From Oligoflexia bacterium (GTDB lineage: Bacteria; Bdellovibrionota_C; UBA2361; JBGSMV01): a stretch of 64,000 nt of DNA. Made by a program: the position numbers and the translations under genes. Positions 18,221 to 27,620 of the stretch are shown here, piece by piece (position 1 is the first letter of the stretch; each line of letters opens with the position of its first letter). The notes under the pieces were generated by a model that had not been told where the DNA came from, searched no databases, and worked only from the letters and a program-made list of their open reading frames with translations. Location of the stretch: assembly GCA_019694515.1 (NCBI GenBank), contig JAIBBU010000014.1, positions 2,286-66,285 on the forward strand. The letters are read 5' to 3'.

Positions 18221-19405
18221 ATGCGCTCCTTTTACCTCGTGTTGATTCTTCTGAGCCTGCCGCTTTGCACCCTTAACTCCTCCGCGGAAACAATCAAGAT
18301 TGTATCGAGCCTGCCACGCACGGGAAGTTCAAACGCTCAAACCAGTTCGATTGTTAACGGCATCAAACTCGCGCTGTCAGAGGTTGGCAATAAAATTGGC
18401 GACTACAGTCTGAGCTTCGAAGACTGGGACGATGCATCCCCGGAGCGCGGGAATTGGGATCCTTCAACTGAAGCGATTAACGCCGATAAGGCAGTCAAAG
18501 ATCCGGATGTCATGATCTATATGGGGCCTTTCAATTCCGGTGCCTCAAAAATTTCGATGCCCAAACTAAACCAAGCCGGCATGCTGCAAATAAATCCCGG
18601 CTCGACCTGGCCCGGACTGACCAAGCCAGGAATTGGCGAACCCAACGAGCCGAAGGTTTACCGTCCCAGCGGAAAGATCACTTTCTACCGGGTGCTGCCG
18701 GCGGACGACATTCAGGGTAGTGTCGCCGCAAAATGGTCCGCCGAACTGGGGGTCAAGAAAGCCTTTATCGTGCATGACGGCGAACTGTATGGAAAAGGAA
18801 TCGCCAGCGTTTTCAAGAAGAACGCCGCCGCCAACGGATTTCAGATCGCGGGAATGGAGCAAACCGACGCCAAGGCTTCGAACTACCGCTCATTAGCGGT
18901 CAAGATTAAGCAGAGTGGGGCCGACTTGGTTTATTTCGGAGGAACTACACAGAGCAATGTGGGCCAGCTGATTAAGGATCTTCGATCCTCGGGTTATACC
19001 GCTAAGATCATGGTGCCGGACGGCTGTTTTGAAAACGCCTTTATCGATTCCGCCGGTAAAGAAAATCTGGAGAACAGCACCTACATTACCTTTGGAGGGA
19101 TACCGGGGGAACAGCTAGTCGGGCGCGGCAAAGAATTCTACGAAACCTATAAACGCACCTATCAATCAGAGCCTGAAGCCTACGCCAGCTATGGCTACGA
19201 AGCTGGACGTGTGGCGGTTGAAGTAATCAGACGCGCCGGCAAAAAAGATCGCCGTGCAATCTTGGACGCAGCTGCGACGATCAAGAATTTTGAAGGTCTG
19301 CTCGGCACCTGGTCTTTCGATGAGAACGGAGATACTACTCTGCGAGTAATGAGCGGCAATATCGTCAAGGACGGAAAGTTCGAATTTGCCAAGCTGCTAA
19401 ACTAG
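18221..19405 (+). CDS. Branched-chain amino acid ABC transporter substrate-binding protein (LivK/LivJ-like)
   Basis: I trimmed track ORF 18083 to ATG 18221 (MRSFYLVLILLSLPLCTLNSSAE, a signal peptide). The extension would overlap yfcH. The type I periplasmic binding fold pattern and the operon with livHMGF support the call. Confidence 0.85.
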   Translation: MRSFYLVLILLSLPLCTLNSSAETIKIVSSLPRTGSSNAQTSSIVNGIKLALSEVGNKIGDYSLSFEDWDDASPERGNWDPSTEAINADKAVKDPDVMIYMGPFNSGASKISMPKLNQAGMLQINPGSTWPGLTKPGIGEPNEPKVYRPSGKITFYRVLPADDIQGSVAAKWSAELGVKKAFIVHDGELYGKGIASVFKKNAAANGFQIAGMEQTDAKASNYRSLAVKIKQSGADLVYFGGTTQSNVGQLIKDLRSSGYTAKIMVPDGCFENAFIDSAGKENLENSTYITFGGIPGEQLVGRGKEFYETYKRTYQSEPEAYASYGYEAGRVAVEVIRRAGKKDRRAILDAAATIKNFEGLLGTWSFDENGDTTLRVMSGNIVKDGKFEFAKLLN

Positions 19406-19505
19406 CACTGATCTGATGAAGGACTCGATCCGATTCTAAGATGGCTTTAAAAACTGCGCCGCTTGCTTGGGAGCGCCTGAGCGCGGCAAGATCCGGCAAG
19501 ACCAG

Positions 19506-20465
19506 ATGAATGACACCGAGGTATTAGTTCAGCAGTTAATCACCGGACTCTGTAACGGCATGATCATTGCCTTGATCGCCTTGGGCTACACGCTAGTCTA
19601 CGGCATTATCGAACTAATCAATTTTGCACACGGGGACCTGGTAATGCTCGGCGCCTTCATGGCGCTAACTTTGGTTGCGTTCTTCGACCTGAATGGTGCG
19701 TCAAGCGGGCCGGCTGCCTGGGTCGGGTTAGCCTCACTATTTGTGATCGTGCCCGCATTTTGCGCGGGAGTTAACTGGCTCGCGGATCGACTGGCCTATC
19801 GTCCTCTGCGTTCGGCGCCAAAACTTTCGGTGCTGGTTTCGGCGATCGGACTTTCGTTTATCTTCGTCAATCTGGGTCTTTTTTGGGGCGGGCTGCCGCT
19901 GGAATTGTTCGGCGGAGGAAACGCTGCGGCAGCGCCTAAAGATTTTCCGGGCTTAATCGGCAACACCAATTTGCTCGGTGCTGGCAATGTGCAGTTTACC
20001 TACAAAGACTTGCTGGTAGTGCTAATCACCTTGCCGGCCATGGGACTACTGACATATTGGGTCAAATTTACCACGATGGGCAAAGCTATGCGTGCCGTGG
20101 CACAAAATCCGACGGCAGCACGCTTGATGGGGATAAATGCCGACCGCGTAATCAGTATCACCTTCATGGTCGGAGGTGCATTGGGCGGTTTGGCCAGTGT
20201 GGTTTACGCTCTCTACAATAACACCATTTACTTTCAGATGGGTTACCGCATCGGCATGGATGCTTTTACCGCGGCGGTGCTGGGAGGAATCGGAAGTCTG
20301 CCCGGGGCGATGCTCGGAGGTATTCTAATCGGCCTTGTACGGGCACTGACCGATCAATACATCGCTACGATGTGGACCAATGTGATGGTCTTCAGCATTC
20401 TAATTCTCGTTATCATTTTCAGACCCTCTGGCCTAATGGGTGCAAAGGTGAAGGATAAGGTCTAA
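19506..20465 (+). CDS. livH: Branched-chain amino acid ABC transporter permease LivH
   Basis: ATG at 19506 (the track form begins at TTG 19467). A polytopic LivH-type sequence: LINFAHGDLVMLGAF, AMRAVAQNPTAARLMGIN. Confidence 0.9.
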   Translation: MNDTEVLVQQLITGLCNGMIIALIALGYTLVYGIIELINFAHGDLVMLGAFMALTLVAFFDLNGASSGPAAWVGLASLFVIVPAFCAGVNWLADRLAYRPLRSAPKLSVLVSAIGLSFIFVNLGLFWGGLPLELFGGGNAAAAPKDFPGLIGNTNLLGAGNVQFTYKDLLVVLITLPAMGLLTYWVKFTTMGKAMRAVAQNPTAARLMGINADRVISITFMVGGALGGLASVVYALYNNTIYFQMGYRIGMDAFTAAVLGGIGSLPGAMLGGILIGLVRALTDQYIATMWTNVMVFSILILVIIFRPSGLMGAKVKDKV

Positions 20466-21491
20466 GTGCCGCGTCTGAGATCAAATTTGCATTTTGTCTT
20501 TCTAGCTGTTGCAGCGCTCTGCCCGCTTCTAGATACCTTGCTTCCGGAGCAGTTGCGATTTGCAGATGCTCTTCGTCCCATTTTTATCTTTGCGCTTTTG
20601 GGATTAGGGCTGAATGTTGTCACCGGATTTACCGGGCTTCTGAATTTGGGGGCAGCCGGATTTATGGCGATCGGCGGATACAGCTACGCCATCGCAACCT
20701 GCGATATTTACCCCTTCCAACTCGGATTTTTTGGCGCGCTGCTAATGTCAGCTCTGACCGGCATGACTGCGGGGATACTTTTGGGGCTTCCGACTTTGCG
20801 GTTACGCGGGGACTATCTCGCGATCGCGACTCTTGGTTTCGGTGAAATTGTTCAGAGCATCATCCGCAATCTGGATGTCATCACCAAGGGAACACAGGGC
20901 ATCAACCCAATTCCGGCTCCAATTCTCTTCGGCTATGTCTTTCAGCCTGAAAATTATCTGCCCTGGTATTATTTATTCTGGAGCATACTAACTGTCGCCG
21001 TTGTAGTGGTCTCAAATCTGGAGCGTTCCTCCGTGGGCAGGCGCTGGATCTCAGTGCGTGAAGACGAGCTGGCTTCGGCCTGCATGGGCACCGATGTGGT
21101 GCGGGCGAAAATGTCGGCATTCATCGTCGGCGCCATACTCTGCAGCATCGCCGGAGCTTTGTGGGTCAGCTATCTCGGCTCTACCGGCGAACCGGGAAAC
21201 TACGATTTTCAGATCTCGATCATCGCTTTGTGCATGGTCATTGTGGGCGGCCTGGGGAGCATTCCCGGCGTGCTGCTCGGCGCTCTCGTGATGATTGGAT
21301 TTAACTCGATTCTTCTCACAAAGATCGCTGCATGGATTAACTCGCTCTCGACGGTTTCAAGCACGAACGTCTTAGCCTCGCCTAACAACTGGAAGTATTT
21401 GATTTTTGGATTAGCGCTGGTGGTGATGATGCGCTTTAAGCCGGAGGGGCTGCTTCCCGCCGGACGCCACTATCATCGGAGGGGCAAATGA
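20466..21491 (+). CDS. livM: Branched-chain amino acid ABC transporter permease LivM
   Basis: GTG start directly after the livH stop. Motifs PTLRLRGDYLAIATLGFGEI and SVREDELASACMG are typical of LivM. Confidence 0.9.
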   Translation: MPRLRSNLHFVFLAVAALCPLLDTLLPEQLRFADALRPIFIFALLGLGLNVVTGFTGLLNLGAAGFMAIGGYSYAIATCDIYPFQLGFFGALLMSALTGMTAGILLGLPTLRLRGDYLAIATLGFGEIVQSIIRNLDVITKGTQGINPIPAPILFGYVFQPENYLPWYYLFWSILTVAVVVVSNLERSSVGRRWISVREDELASACMGTDVVRAKMSAFIVGAILCSIAGALWVSYLGSTGEPGNYDFQISIIALCMVIVGGLGSIPGVLLGALVMIGFNSILLTKIAAWINSLSTVSSTNVLASPNNWKYLIFGLALVVMMRFKPEGLLPAGRHYHRRGK

Positions 21492-22513
21492 GCGTGCTGC
21501 TGGTTAATAGCCTGTGCATGCGTTTTGGCGGATTGGTAGCTGTTAACAACGTCAGCCTAAAGGTCGACACAGGACAGATCGTATCGGTGATCGGACCAAA
21601 TGGCGCCGGTAAAACAACCGCCTTTAACGCTATCACCGGTGTGTATCCACCCAGCAGCGGCGAGGTGATTTTTAACGGGATCAATGCGCGCCGCGGCTTG
21701 GACGGCGCGAACGTAATTGCAATCGTCTCAACGGCGCTGCTGGCGGGTTTTCTGCTGCTCCTAATCTGCAATGCCCAAACCATTTGGGAACAGGTGATTA
21801 ACGCTCACTACGTATATCTCGAACCGTTTCCCTGGACCAAGGCAGTACGGGAGTTCGGCTCCTTCGTCTTTAGCTCCGCGGCTTGGCCCTATTTTGTATC
21901 TGGTTTTCTGCTCGGGGGCGCGGGCGCGACGGCGATTTGGTTTCGCTCGCGGACTAGTCCTTTCATCCTCTGCAAAGCTGGCATGGCCCGCACTTTTCAA
22001 AACATCCGCCTGTTTCAGGAAATGAGCGTGATCGAAAACGTACTCGTGGCGATCGATGCTCGTGCCGGCGCGAATCTGTTTGAGGCCGGCCTGCGCTTAC
22101 CGAGCTTTTTTGGAAAACGGCGCGCAGCTCTAAAAGCAGCGCGCGAGCTGCTGGATTTCGTCCAGCTCGAAAAATTCGCCAATCAACCGGCCAGCGCCCT
22201 TCCCTACGGATATCAAAGACGACTCGAAATTGCGCGGGCATTGGCCACCCATCCGAAGTTGCTATTATTGGACGAGCCCGCGGCGGGCATGAATCCGGCC
22301 GAGTCCGAAGAGCTAATCACGCTGATCGAGCGTATTAGCGAACGGGGCGTGGCGGTGTTGTTGATCGAACATCATATGAAGGTCGTGATGTCGATTTCAG
22401 ACCGGATCGTAGTCTTGGACTATGGTAATAAGATTGCCGAAGGCAGCGCCGCGGAGGTGCGTGCCAATCCGCGCGTGATTGAGGCCTATCTCGGTAAGGA
22501 GGCTGCGCGCTAA
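21488..22513 (+). CDS. livG: LivG-type ABC ATPase carrying a ~95-aa hydrophobic insertion
   Basis: Walker A GPNGAGKTT, Q-loop ARTFQN, signature LPYGYQRRLEIA and Walker B LLLLDEPAAG are present. The protein is 341 aa, against ~255 aa as I recall for typical LivG. The extra segment lies between Walker A and the Q-loop (nt ~21686-21967). Confidence 0.9.
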   Translation: MSVLLVNSLCMRFGGLVAVNNVSLKVDTGQIVSVIGPNGAGKTTAFNAITGVYPPSSGEVIFNGINARRGLDGANVIAIVSTALLAGFLLLLICNAQTIWEQVINAHYVYLEPFPWTKAVREFGSFVFSSAAWPYFVSGFLLGGAGATAIWFRSRTSPFILCKAGMARTFQNIRLFQEMSVIENVLVAIDARAGANLFEAGLRLPSFFGKRRAALKAARELLDFVQLEKFANQPASALPYGYQRRLEIARALATHPKLLLLDEPAAGMNPAESEELITLIERISERGVAVLLIEHHMKVVMSISDRIVVLDYGNKIAEGSAAEVRANPRVIEAYLGKEAAR

Positions 22514-23233
22514 ATGCCCACAACACCTCTGCTGAAGGTCGATAGTATTGAGGCTGGATACGGTCCAATCAACGTCTTAAAGGGCGTTTCCCTGACTGTG
22601 AATAGCGGTGAAATCGTGACCTTAATCGGCGCCAACGGAGCGGGCAAAACCACCACCTTGATGTGCTTGGCGGGCATCGTGCCGTTACGCCGCGGCGAGA
22701 TTCAGCTCAGCGGACGGGGACTTACTGACGTGCCCGCGCATGCGCTTCCGGGATTGGGATTGGCGTTAGTTCCAGAGGGCCGCAAAATTTTCCCGCGGCT
22801 GACGGTGCTTGAAAATTTAGAGCTCGGGGCCTTTAGCCGCTCCGACCGCGAGCTGGCTCCGGACTTCGACCGCGTATTTTCGCTTTTCCCGGTCTTAAAA
22901 GAGCGCCGGCGCCAGGCTGGCGGAACGCTCTCCGGAGGCGAGCAGCAGATGCTGGCGATCAGCCGCGCGCTAATGAGCCGCCCCAAGATGCTCTTGATGG
23001 ACGAGCCCTCTATGGGCGTAGCGCCGCTCCTGGTTGAAAAGATCTTCGAGACCATTTGTGAGTTAAATCGAAGCGGACTCACGGTCTTGTTGGTCGAGCA
23101 GAATGCGCATCTCGCACTTAAGGTCGCAAATCGTGCCTATGTGATCGAAACCGGCAGCATTACGATTGAAGATCAAGCGGCCAGGCTGCTTGAGGATCCG
23201 CGCGTCCAGGAAGCATATCTGGGCGACATCTAG
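22514..23233 (+). CDS. livF: Branched-chain amino acid ABC transporter ATPase LivF
   Basis: Walker A GANGAGKTT, signature LSGGEQQMLAI and Walker B MLLMDEPSMG. 239 aa. Confidence 0.9.
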   Translation: MPTTPLLKVDSIEAGYGPINVLKGVSLTVNSGEIVTLIGANGAGKTTTLMCLAGIVPLRRGEIQLSGRGLTDVPAHALPGLGLALVPEGRKIFPRLTVLENLELGAFSRSDRELAPDFDRVFSLFPVLKERRRQAGGTLSGGEQQMLAISRALMSRPKMLLMDEPSMGVAPLLVEKIFETICELNRSGLTVLLVEQNAHLALKVANRAYVIETGSITIEDQAARLLEDPRVQEAYLGDI

Positions 23234-23372
23234 CTCGACTATTGCATTAATTTCTTAGGTTATCGCCGTGATTAATATGTTTCGGGGACGCACTACCTTT
23301 GCTGTACGAGTTACGCAATCCGAGGACAGCATCGCAGCGCTGTTGATGAAGTTCCTGCAAGAGCGCTTTGAT

Positions 23373-23397
23373 CTGTCATTGCGAGCGGAGCGAAAGC
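23373..23397 (+). repeat. Solo copy of the GTCATTGCGAGCG(A/G)AGCGAA repeat motif, followed by a small hairpin
   Basis: CTGTCATTGCGAGCGGAGCGAAAGC closely matches the arms at 47506-47528 and 47638-47660. It is followed by the CTGTCAC...GTGACAG hairpin (23398-23425). It lies in the intergenic region after livF. Confidence 0.6.
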
Positions 23398-23457
23398 CTG
23401 TCACGCCGTTATTTCGCGGTGACAGCTGCGCGCCCACTCTTCCGCAAAAAATAAAAG

Positions 23458-24117
23458 CTAGCGTACGATCTCGTAATTGATCTCGACGGGCTTGACGGTT
23501 AAGCCCTTGGCCGAGACATAGGCAAACAATAGCGCCTCGCCGTGGATCAAGACTCCGTTATGCCAAAGCTGCGGGATGAAATTATAGAGCGCGCAGAGCT
23601 GTGACGAAGTTCCTGAGTCACAGAACCAAAACTGATCGTTGACATGGCTAGTGCTGTTCTTGATCGGGAAACAGACCACGCCGGGATCGGTCTTTTCCAG
23701 CTTGACCGGGCCATCAAACCTTAAATCGGAGCGGCACCGAACCACCACATCGTACTTAAAGCGGTTTTCCTGTTCATAGCTGAAGCGGTGCAGGTCGGCG
23801 ATGAAGATGCGGTAAAACATCGGAAGCATGCGTCCGACACTTCGTCCGGCTTGATCTGCGTGATTTTTGAAAGGGTTCGTTTCGAAACTTTTCTGGCGCC
23901 TTTGATCAAAGATCTCGATATCGAATTTGATTGGATTATAGTGATTGATCAACTCATCCGGCGAATGCGTTTCCGGGAATTTGTCATCAATCAAAGTGCT
24001 CTGCCAGGTGCTGATAAAAATATCAGGCTGATAGGGCTCAATTAAATGCTTACGTACGCTCTCGGCGCACTTGACGAACGAGCGCGGTAGACCGGAAAGG
24101 CACAATGCTACGCGCAT
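23458..24117 (-). CDS. Hypothetical protein (possible sugar-transferase-like fold)
   Basis: 219-aa ORF. The start MRVALCLSGLPRSF...PDIFISTW resembles uncharacterised nucleotide-sugar-transferase-like families. The assignment is weak. Confidence 0.5.
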   Translation of the reverse strand: MRVALCLSGLPRSFVKCAESVRKHLIEPYQPDIFISTWQSTLIDDKFPETHSPDELINHYNPIKFDIEIFDQRRQKSFETNPFKNHADQAGRSVGRMLPMFYRIFIADLHRFSYEQENRFKYDVVVRCRSDLRFDGPVKLEKTDPGVVCFPIKNSTSHVNDQFWFCDSGTSSQLCALYNFIPQLWHNGVLIHGEALLFAYVSAKGLTVKPVEINYEIVR

Positions 24118-24129
24118 AAATTTTTAAGC

Positions 24130-24330
24130 CTAGCTCCATTTCTGGGCGACGGGTTTATCCTCACCATCACCGTGGAGTTCGATTTGTATCGCGGTTGGCG
24201 TCGGATTTTCTTGAGATTCGTATTCTGAGTCCGAAGCCGAACGAAAATTTCCAAAAAATATTTCGCGGCGACGCGAGCTGTCCCGAGCGTTACGAAGGAT
24301 TCTATGCGAGCTGCGAGCCGACTTAACCAT
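24130..24330 (-). CDS. Small hypothetical ORF (66 aa from ATG 24330)
   Basis: ATG at 24330 is preceded by GAGAGGAAG. The product has a basic N-terminus and an acidic C-terminus, with no homology recognised. It sits between two same-strand genes. Confidence 0.25.
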   Translation of the reverse strand: MVKSARSSHRILRNARDSSRRREIFFGNFRSASDSEYESQENPTPTAIQIELHGDGEDKPVAQKWS

Positions 24331-24408
24331 ACGCTTCCTCTCTGAGCCCAACGCGGGTTGAGAGAAGCATAGTCATTTGGGGCGATAGTTCAAGACGCTA
24401 AAATCGGT

Positions 24409-25248
24409 TCAGGGCGATTTTTTCTCAAGCTGATGCAGCCGCGAAAGAATCTCGGCATGCATTAGATCGACCTTGGTATGAAGGTGAGAGACTTCCAGCT
24501 CCGCACGGAGATTAATGTCGTATTCAAGGTCGCCCCGGATACGATCCCGCGAAGTTTGAAGGTTCTGAGCTACCAGCACCAGAATACTGAGGATTATGGC
24601 CTCCAGCGAAACTACCATGGTGAGAAAACCAAACGGAAAGGGATCAAACGGCACGGCATTCGGCAGTAATCCCAGGTTCCAAAGAATCCAGACGATAAAT
24701 ATCAAGCAGTTAATCGAAAGAAACGGAACGCTGCCCACCAGGTCAGCCAGGCGGGACGCCATCCTTTCAAACCAGCGCAGCTCCTGCTCAATCACGGCGT
24801 TCACGTTGCGCGCTTCGTGCCCCCGTAGAATATTGTCAGCGTTTCTAAGCTTTTGCCCCAAGATCGAGAGAAACCCGAGGGCCGCATGGGGGTGATCGCC
24901 CAGATAGCGCTCCAGATGCTCGCGGTCCAATTCATAGAGTTCGGTATCGCTTCGCGCCTCGGCTGAGGCCGAACGTGGGCCACCGTCCAGGAGAGAAAGC
25001 TCCCCGAACAGCCCCGCCTCCCCGACATAGGCCAAGGTGACGCGGTTGCCGGTAGTGTGGCGTAAAAAAAGCTCGACTTCGCCACTTTTGACCACATATA
25101 AGCTGTCCCCGGGCTCCCCCACTAAGAAAATCGTTTCACCCGGCTTATAGGCGCGCAGCACGAACAATTGCGCCAACGATTCTAGATGTTCGGAGTTCAG
25201 GTGCTTAAAAAAATCGACCTCCGGAAGGAGGGTGGTAATGTCAGCCAT
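24409..25248 (-). CDS. Cyclic-nucleotide-binding domain protein with a C-terminal DUF1003-type two-TM domain
   Basis: The cNMP-binding signature is FGELSLLDGGPRSASAEA. The C-terminal part, FPFGFLTMVVSLEAIILSILVLVAQNLQTSRDRIRGDLEYDINLRAELE, matches the DUF1003 pattern. Confidence 0.8.
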   Translation of the reverse strand: MADITTLLPEVDFFKHLNSEHLESLAQLFVLRAYKPGETIFLVGEPGDSLYVVKSGEVELFLRHTTGNRVTLAYVGEAGLFGELSLLDGGPRSASAEARSDTELYELDREHLERYLGDHPHAALGFLSILGQKLRNADNILRGHEARNVNAVIEQELRWFERMASRLADLVGSVPFLSINCLIFIVWILWNLGLLPNAVPFDPFPFGFLTMVVSLEAIILSILVLVAQNLQTSRDRIRGDLEYDINLRAELEVSHLHTKVDLMHAEILSRLHQLEKKSP

Positions 25249-25292
25249 ACGCTACGGCGAGACTAGCGCAAAAGGGACTGCGCTAGGAAGGG

Positions 25293-25490
25293 TCAGGCGG
25301 AGGGGCGCGCTTTGCGCTTAAAATCGTCCGCAATTTGGCGACCAGCGGACGAGTCTAGCTCCTCGAAGCACTGCCTGCGTCTCTCATCCATGAGGCGTTT
25401 ACTAGTGACCGAGTCCACCTTTTTTCTAGGATGCACCTGGCCGGTGCGGGGATCGGGGTTGTACCCGTGGGGATTACGTCCGTACTGCAT
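25293..25490 (-). CDS. Small basic hypothetical ORF (65 aa)
   Basis: This ORF lies in an otherwise empty 420-bp gap. It is followed on its own strand by an 8-bp hairpin (CTAGCGCA/TGCGCTAG, 25263-25286). There is no homology and the RBS is poor. Confidence 0.3.
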   Translation of the reverse strand: MQYGRNPHGYNPDPRTGQVHPRKKVDSVTSKRLMDERRRQCFEELDSSAGRQIADDFKRKARPSA

Positions 25491-25671
25491 CCTTCCATCT
25501 ATAGCAGCATCGGCTGCGCCATTAAACTTTTTGGCGAGCGAAACCCCAAAATTTTGTCCGAAATGGGGCGCTTAGTCCAAAAGCGCCTGGCTCTTCCGGA
25601 AAAATTTGATTAGCTCCGCCGGCCGCGCAAGACTCATATAATAAGACGACTCCTGCTTCGGTAGTAATTGC

Positions 25672-26166
25672 ATGCTCACTCCCGATCCCTGTCCCAAAAC
25701 TTCGGGCCCTCAATATCCCCGGGAGCCATTGCGATTCAAACACATGGCCTTTCAGGTCGTGGGATGGCAAGAGATCGTAAAGCTAAAGCCGGAGGAACCG
25801 CACTTATTGATCCGGGCCGTCAGCCCCAAATTTAGAGATGCCGATGCCAGGTTCCGGCCTCCCCCGAACGATCTGTGCGTAGCTACCCTGGCGGTCGAGT
25901 TTGATGATGTTGACTGGCCCACGGCAGAACATAAAATTATAGGGGAACCTGAAGCACAGCAAATTGTAGATCTGGTCAAATCCCATTGCAGCGAGGTTTC
26001 CTTAATTGTCTGTGTTTGCGCGATGGGAAGAAATCGATCTGCGGCAATCGCGGCTGCTTTGTCCGAAGTTTTAAATGGAGAATCCCAAATCTTCTTCAAG
26101 CAGTTCCGCCCGACGGAGCTGGCTTACCGAACTATACTGAGCGTGGCGAATAAAGCTTTGCGCTAG
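25672..26166 (+). CDS. Hypothetical protein with a CX5R(S) phosphatase-like P-loop
   Basis: VCVCAMGRNRSAA fits the Cys-X5-Arg-Ser/Thr motif of PTP/dual-specificity phosphatases. An alternative start at ATG 25744 (MAFQVVG...) is possible. Confidence 0.5.
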   Translation: MLTPDPCPKTSGPQYPREPLRFKHMAFQVVGWQEIVKLKPEEPHLLIRAVSPKFRDADARFRPPPNDLCVATLAVEFDDVDWPTAEHKIIGEPEAQQIVDLVKSHCSEVSLIVCVCAMGRNRSAAIAAALSEVLNGESQIFFKQFRPTELAYRTILSVANKALR

Positions 26167-26185
26167 CAGCCACCCTCCCAAAAAA

Positions 26186-27415
26186 TCAGCCCTCACCCCG
26201 AATCACCAACGTCGCCTCTTTCCCGGAGGTAATAAATTTTATCCGATTAGAACCGAGCGATTGTTCTGCCCCAGGCTGATAGCCGCTGATTCGTTTGCTC
26301 AGGCTATGCTGAAATGACTTTTCAAACTCGGCTGCATCTTCCGGCGTATCCCAGTTCGTACGCCACACCATGATGCGTTTGCCCGAATCTTCAAAGATGC
26401 CGAGGCGATCCCCTCCCCAGCCGGCCGCCGCCAGGGCCGAAATTCGTTTGTCGGTCTCAAAATTGCCCAGTAATGAGGAGATCAAAAATTCCCCCATCGT
26501 GTCGACGTAAACCTGCTGGTATTCGGATGGCACCTCGGTGCCGCGGAGCTCGGCTTGTGAGTATTCCTTGAAGTCCGCCATCGCGACATCATATTTTTCA
26601 GGATGGAGAATCTCCTCCGTGGAGCGCGGGGGTTTTTTAAACACGGCATTAACCTTAGAATATCCGCCCTGTCGAATCAGGTAATGTACAAAGCGCAGCC
26701 CGCTCGTATAGGGGAAAAGCACCATCATCTGCAGGCTATTAGGGATCGCAGAGCCCCCCATCAATGATAATCCCAGAATATTCTGCATTACGAAGGCGTC
26801 GACATTCGGTTCAGCGCGCAGCGTCCCCTGCCCTGCTTGCTTGCGCGCCTGTTCGAGCATCACAAAATTGGCGTCGCCTTCCACCAAGGCCGATCGCGCC
26901 AATAGCAGATCGCCGTTCTCGATCTTGGGATCCATCATGCGCTCCAGATTGAAGTGCTGATCCTGAAGTCCATGGGTAAGCTCATGTACGGCCACGGTTG
27001 TCTGCAGCATTGCCGGCATCCAGGCCGCCATGATGAAATGTTTCTTCTCGGGATCGTAGTAGCCCCCGATTTGGTTTAGATAAAGATCGAGCAGTCCCTG
27101 CTCATAGTTAAATTCATCCGGCACGAGTCCGATTAGTTTGTAGCTCAGCCCTTCCCACTTGAGCTTGTTCTTAGGAAGCTTGGTATCGATGGTCTGTACC
27201 AAGTAATCTCGGACGGCGCCCTTATCGTGGACGAGGCAGGGCACGCTACGTTTCACCGCAAGTTCGCGAATCAGGCTGGCCTCTTTGATCGCGTTCTTCG
27301 CGATCTCACAGTAATCGCTGGGCGCTTCAGCTGCTGCCGCAAGCGGCCAGGCCTGCCCCCCCATCACGAGTACCCAAAATATCGGTAACCGCCTAAGACC
27401 AACCCAAACTCTCAT
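26186..27415 (-). CDS. Secreted HExxH zinc metallopeptidase (gluzincin-like), family unassigned
   Basis: ATG at 27415 (MRVWVGLRRLPIFWVLVMGGQAWPLAAAAEA, a signal peptide); an upstream GTG at 27430 is also possible. HELTHGLQDQH is followed by ALVEGDANF. Confidence 0.7.
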   Translation of the reverse strand: MRVWVGLRRLPIFWVLVMGGQAWPLAAAAEAPSDYCEIAKNAIKEASLIRELAVKRSVPCLVHDKGAVRDYLVQTIDTKLPKNKLKWEGLSYKLIGLVPDEFNYEQGLLDLYLNQIGGYYDPEKKHFIMAAWMPAMLQTTVAVHELTHGLQDQHFNLERMMDPKIENGDLLLARSALVEGDANFVMLEQARKQAGQGTLRAEPNVDAFVMQNILGLSLMGGSAIPNSLQMMVLFPYTSGLRFVHYLIRQGGYSKVNAVFKKPPRSTEEILHPEKYDVAMADFKEYSQAELRGTEVPSEYQQVYVDTMGEFLISSLLGNFETDKRISALAAAGWGGDRLGIFEDSGKRIMVWRTNWDTPEDAAEFEKSFQHSLSKRISGYQPGAEQSLGSNRIKFITSGKEATLVIRGEG

Positions 27416-27620
27416 TGCCAAATCCCCCACTGATTAGCCCCGACTTTAACCCCGCCGGCCAAAAAATCGCCATAATCTATTGATTCTATTTGAACCCTGG
27501 CGGTTCTGCCTGGCCCTGGCATGCAACTTGTAAGTATCAATGACAGTGCTCATGAGCCACTTAAGGCCCACTAGAGCTGGTTGCCGTAAGATAACGATAG
27601 GCTAAAGAAATCAAGGTTTT

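Noticed and set aside
23255-23480. ORFs 23255..23437(-) and 23268..23480(+)
   Set aside because: They span the solo repeat copy and hairpin in the livF 3' intergenic region. They overlap each other on opposite strands and have no RBS.
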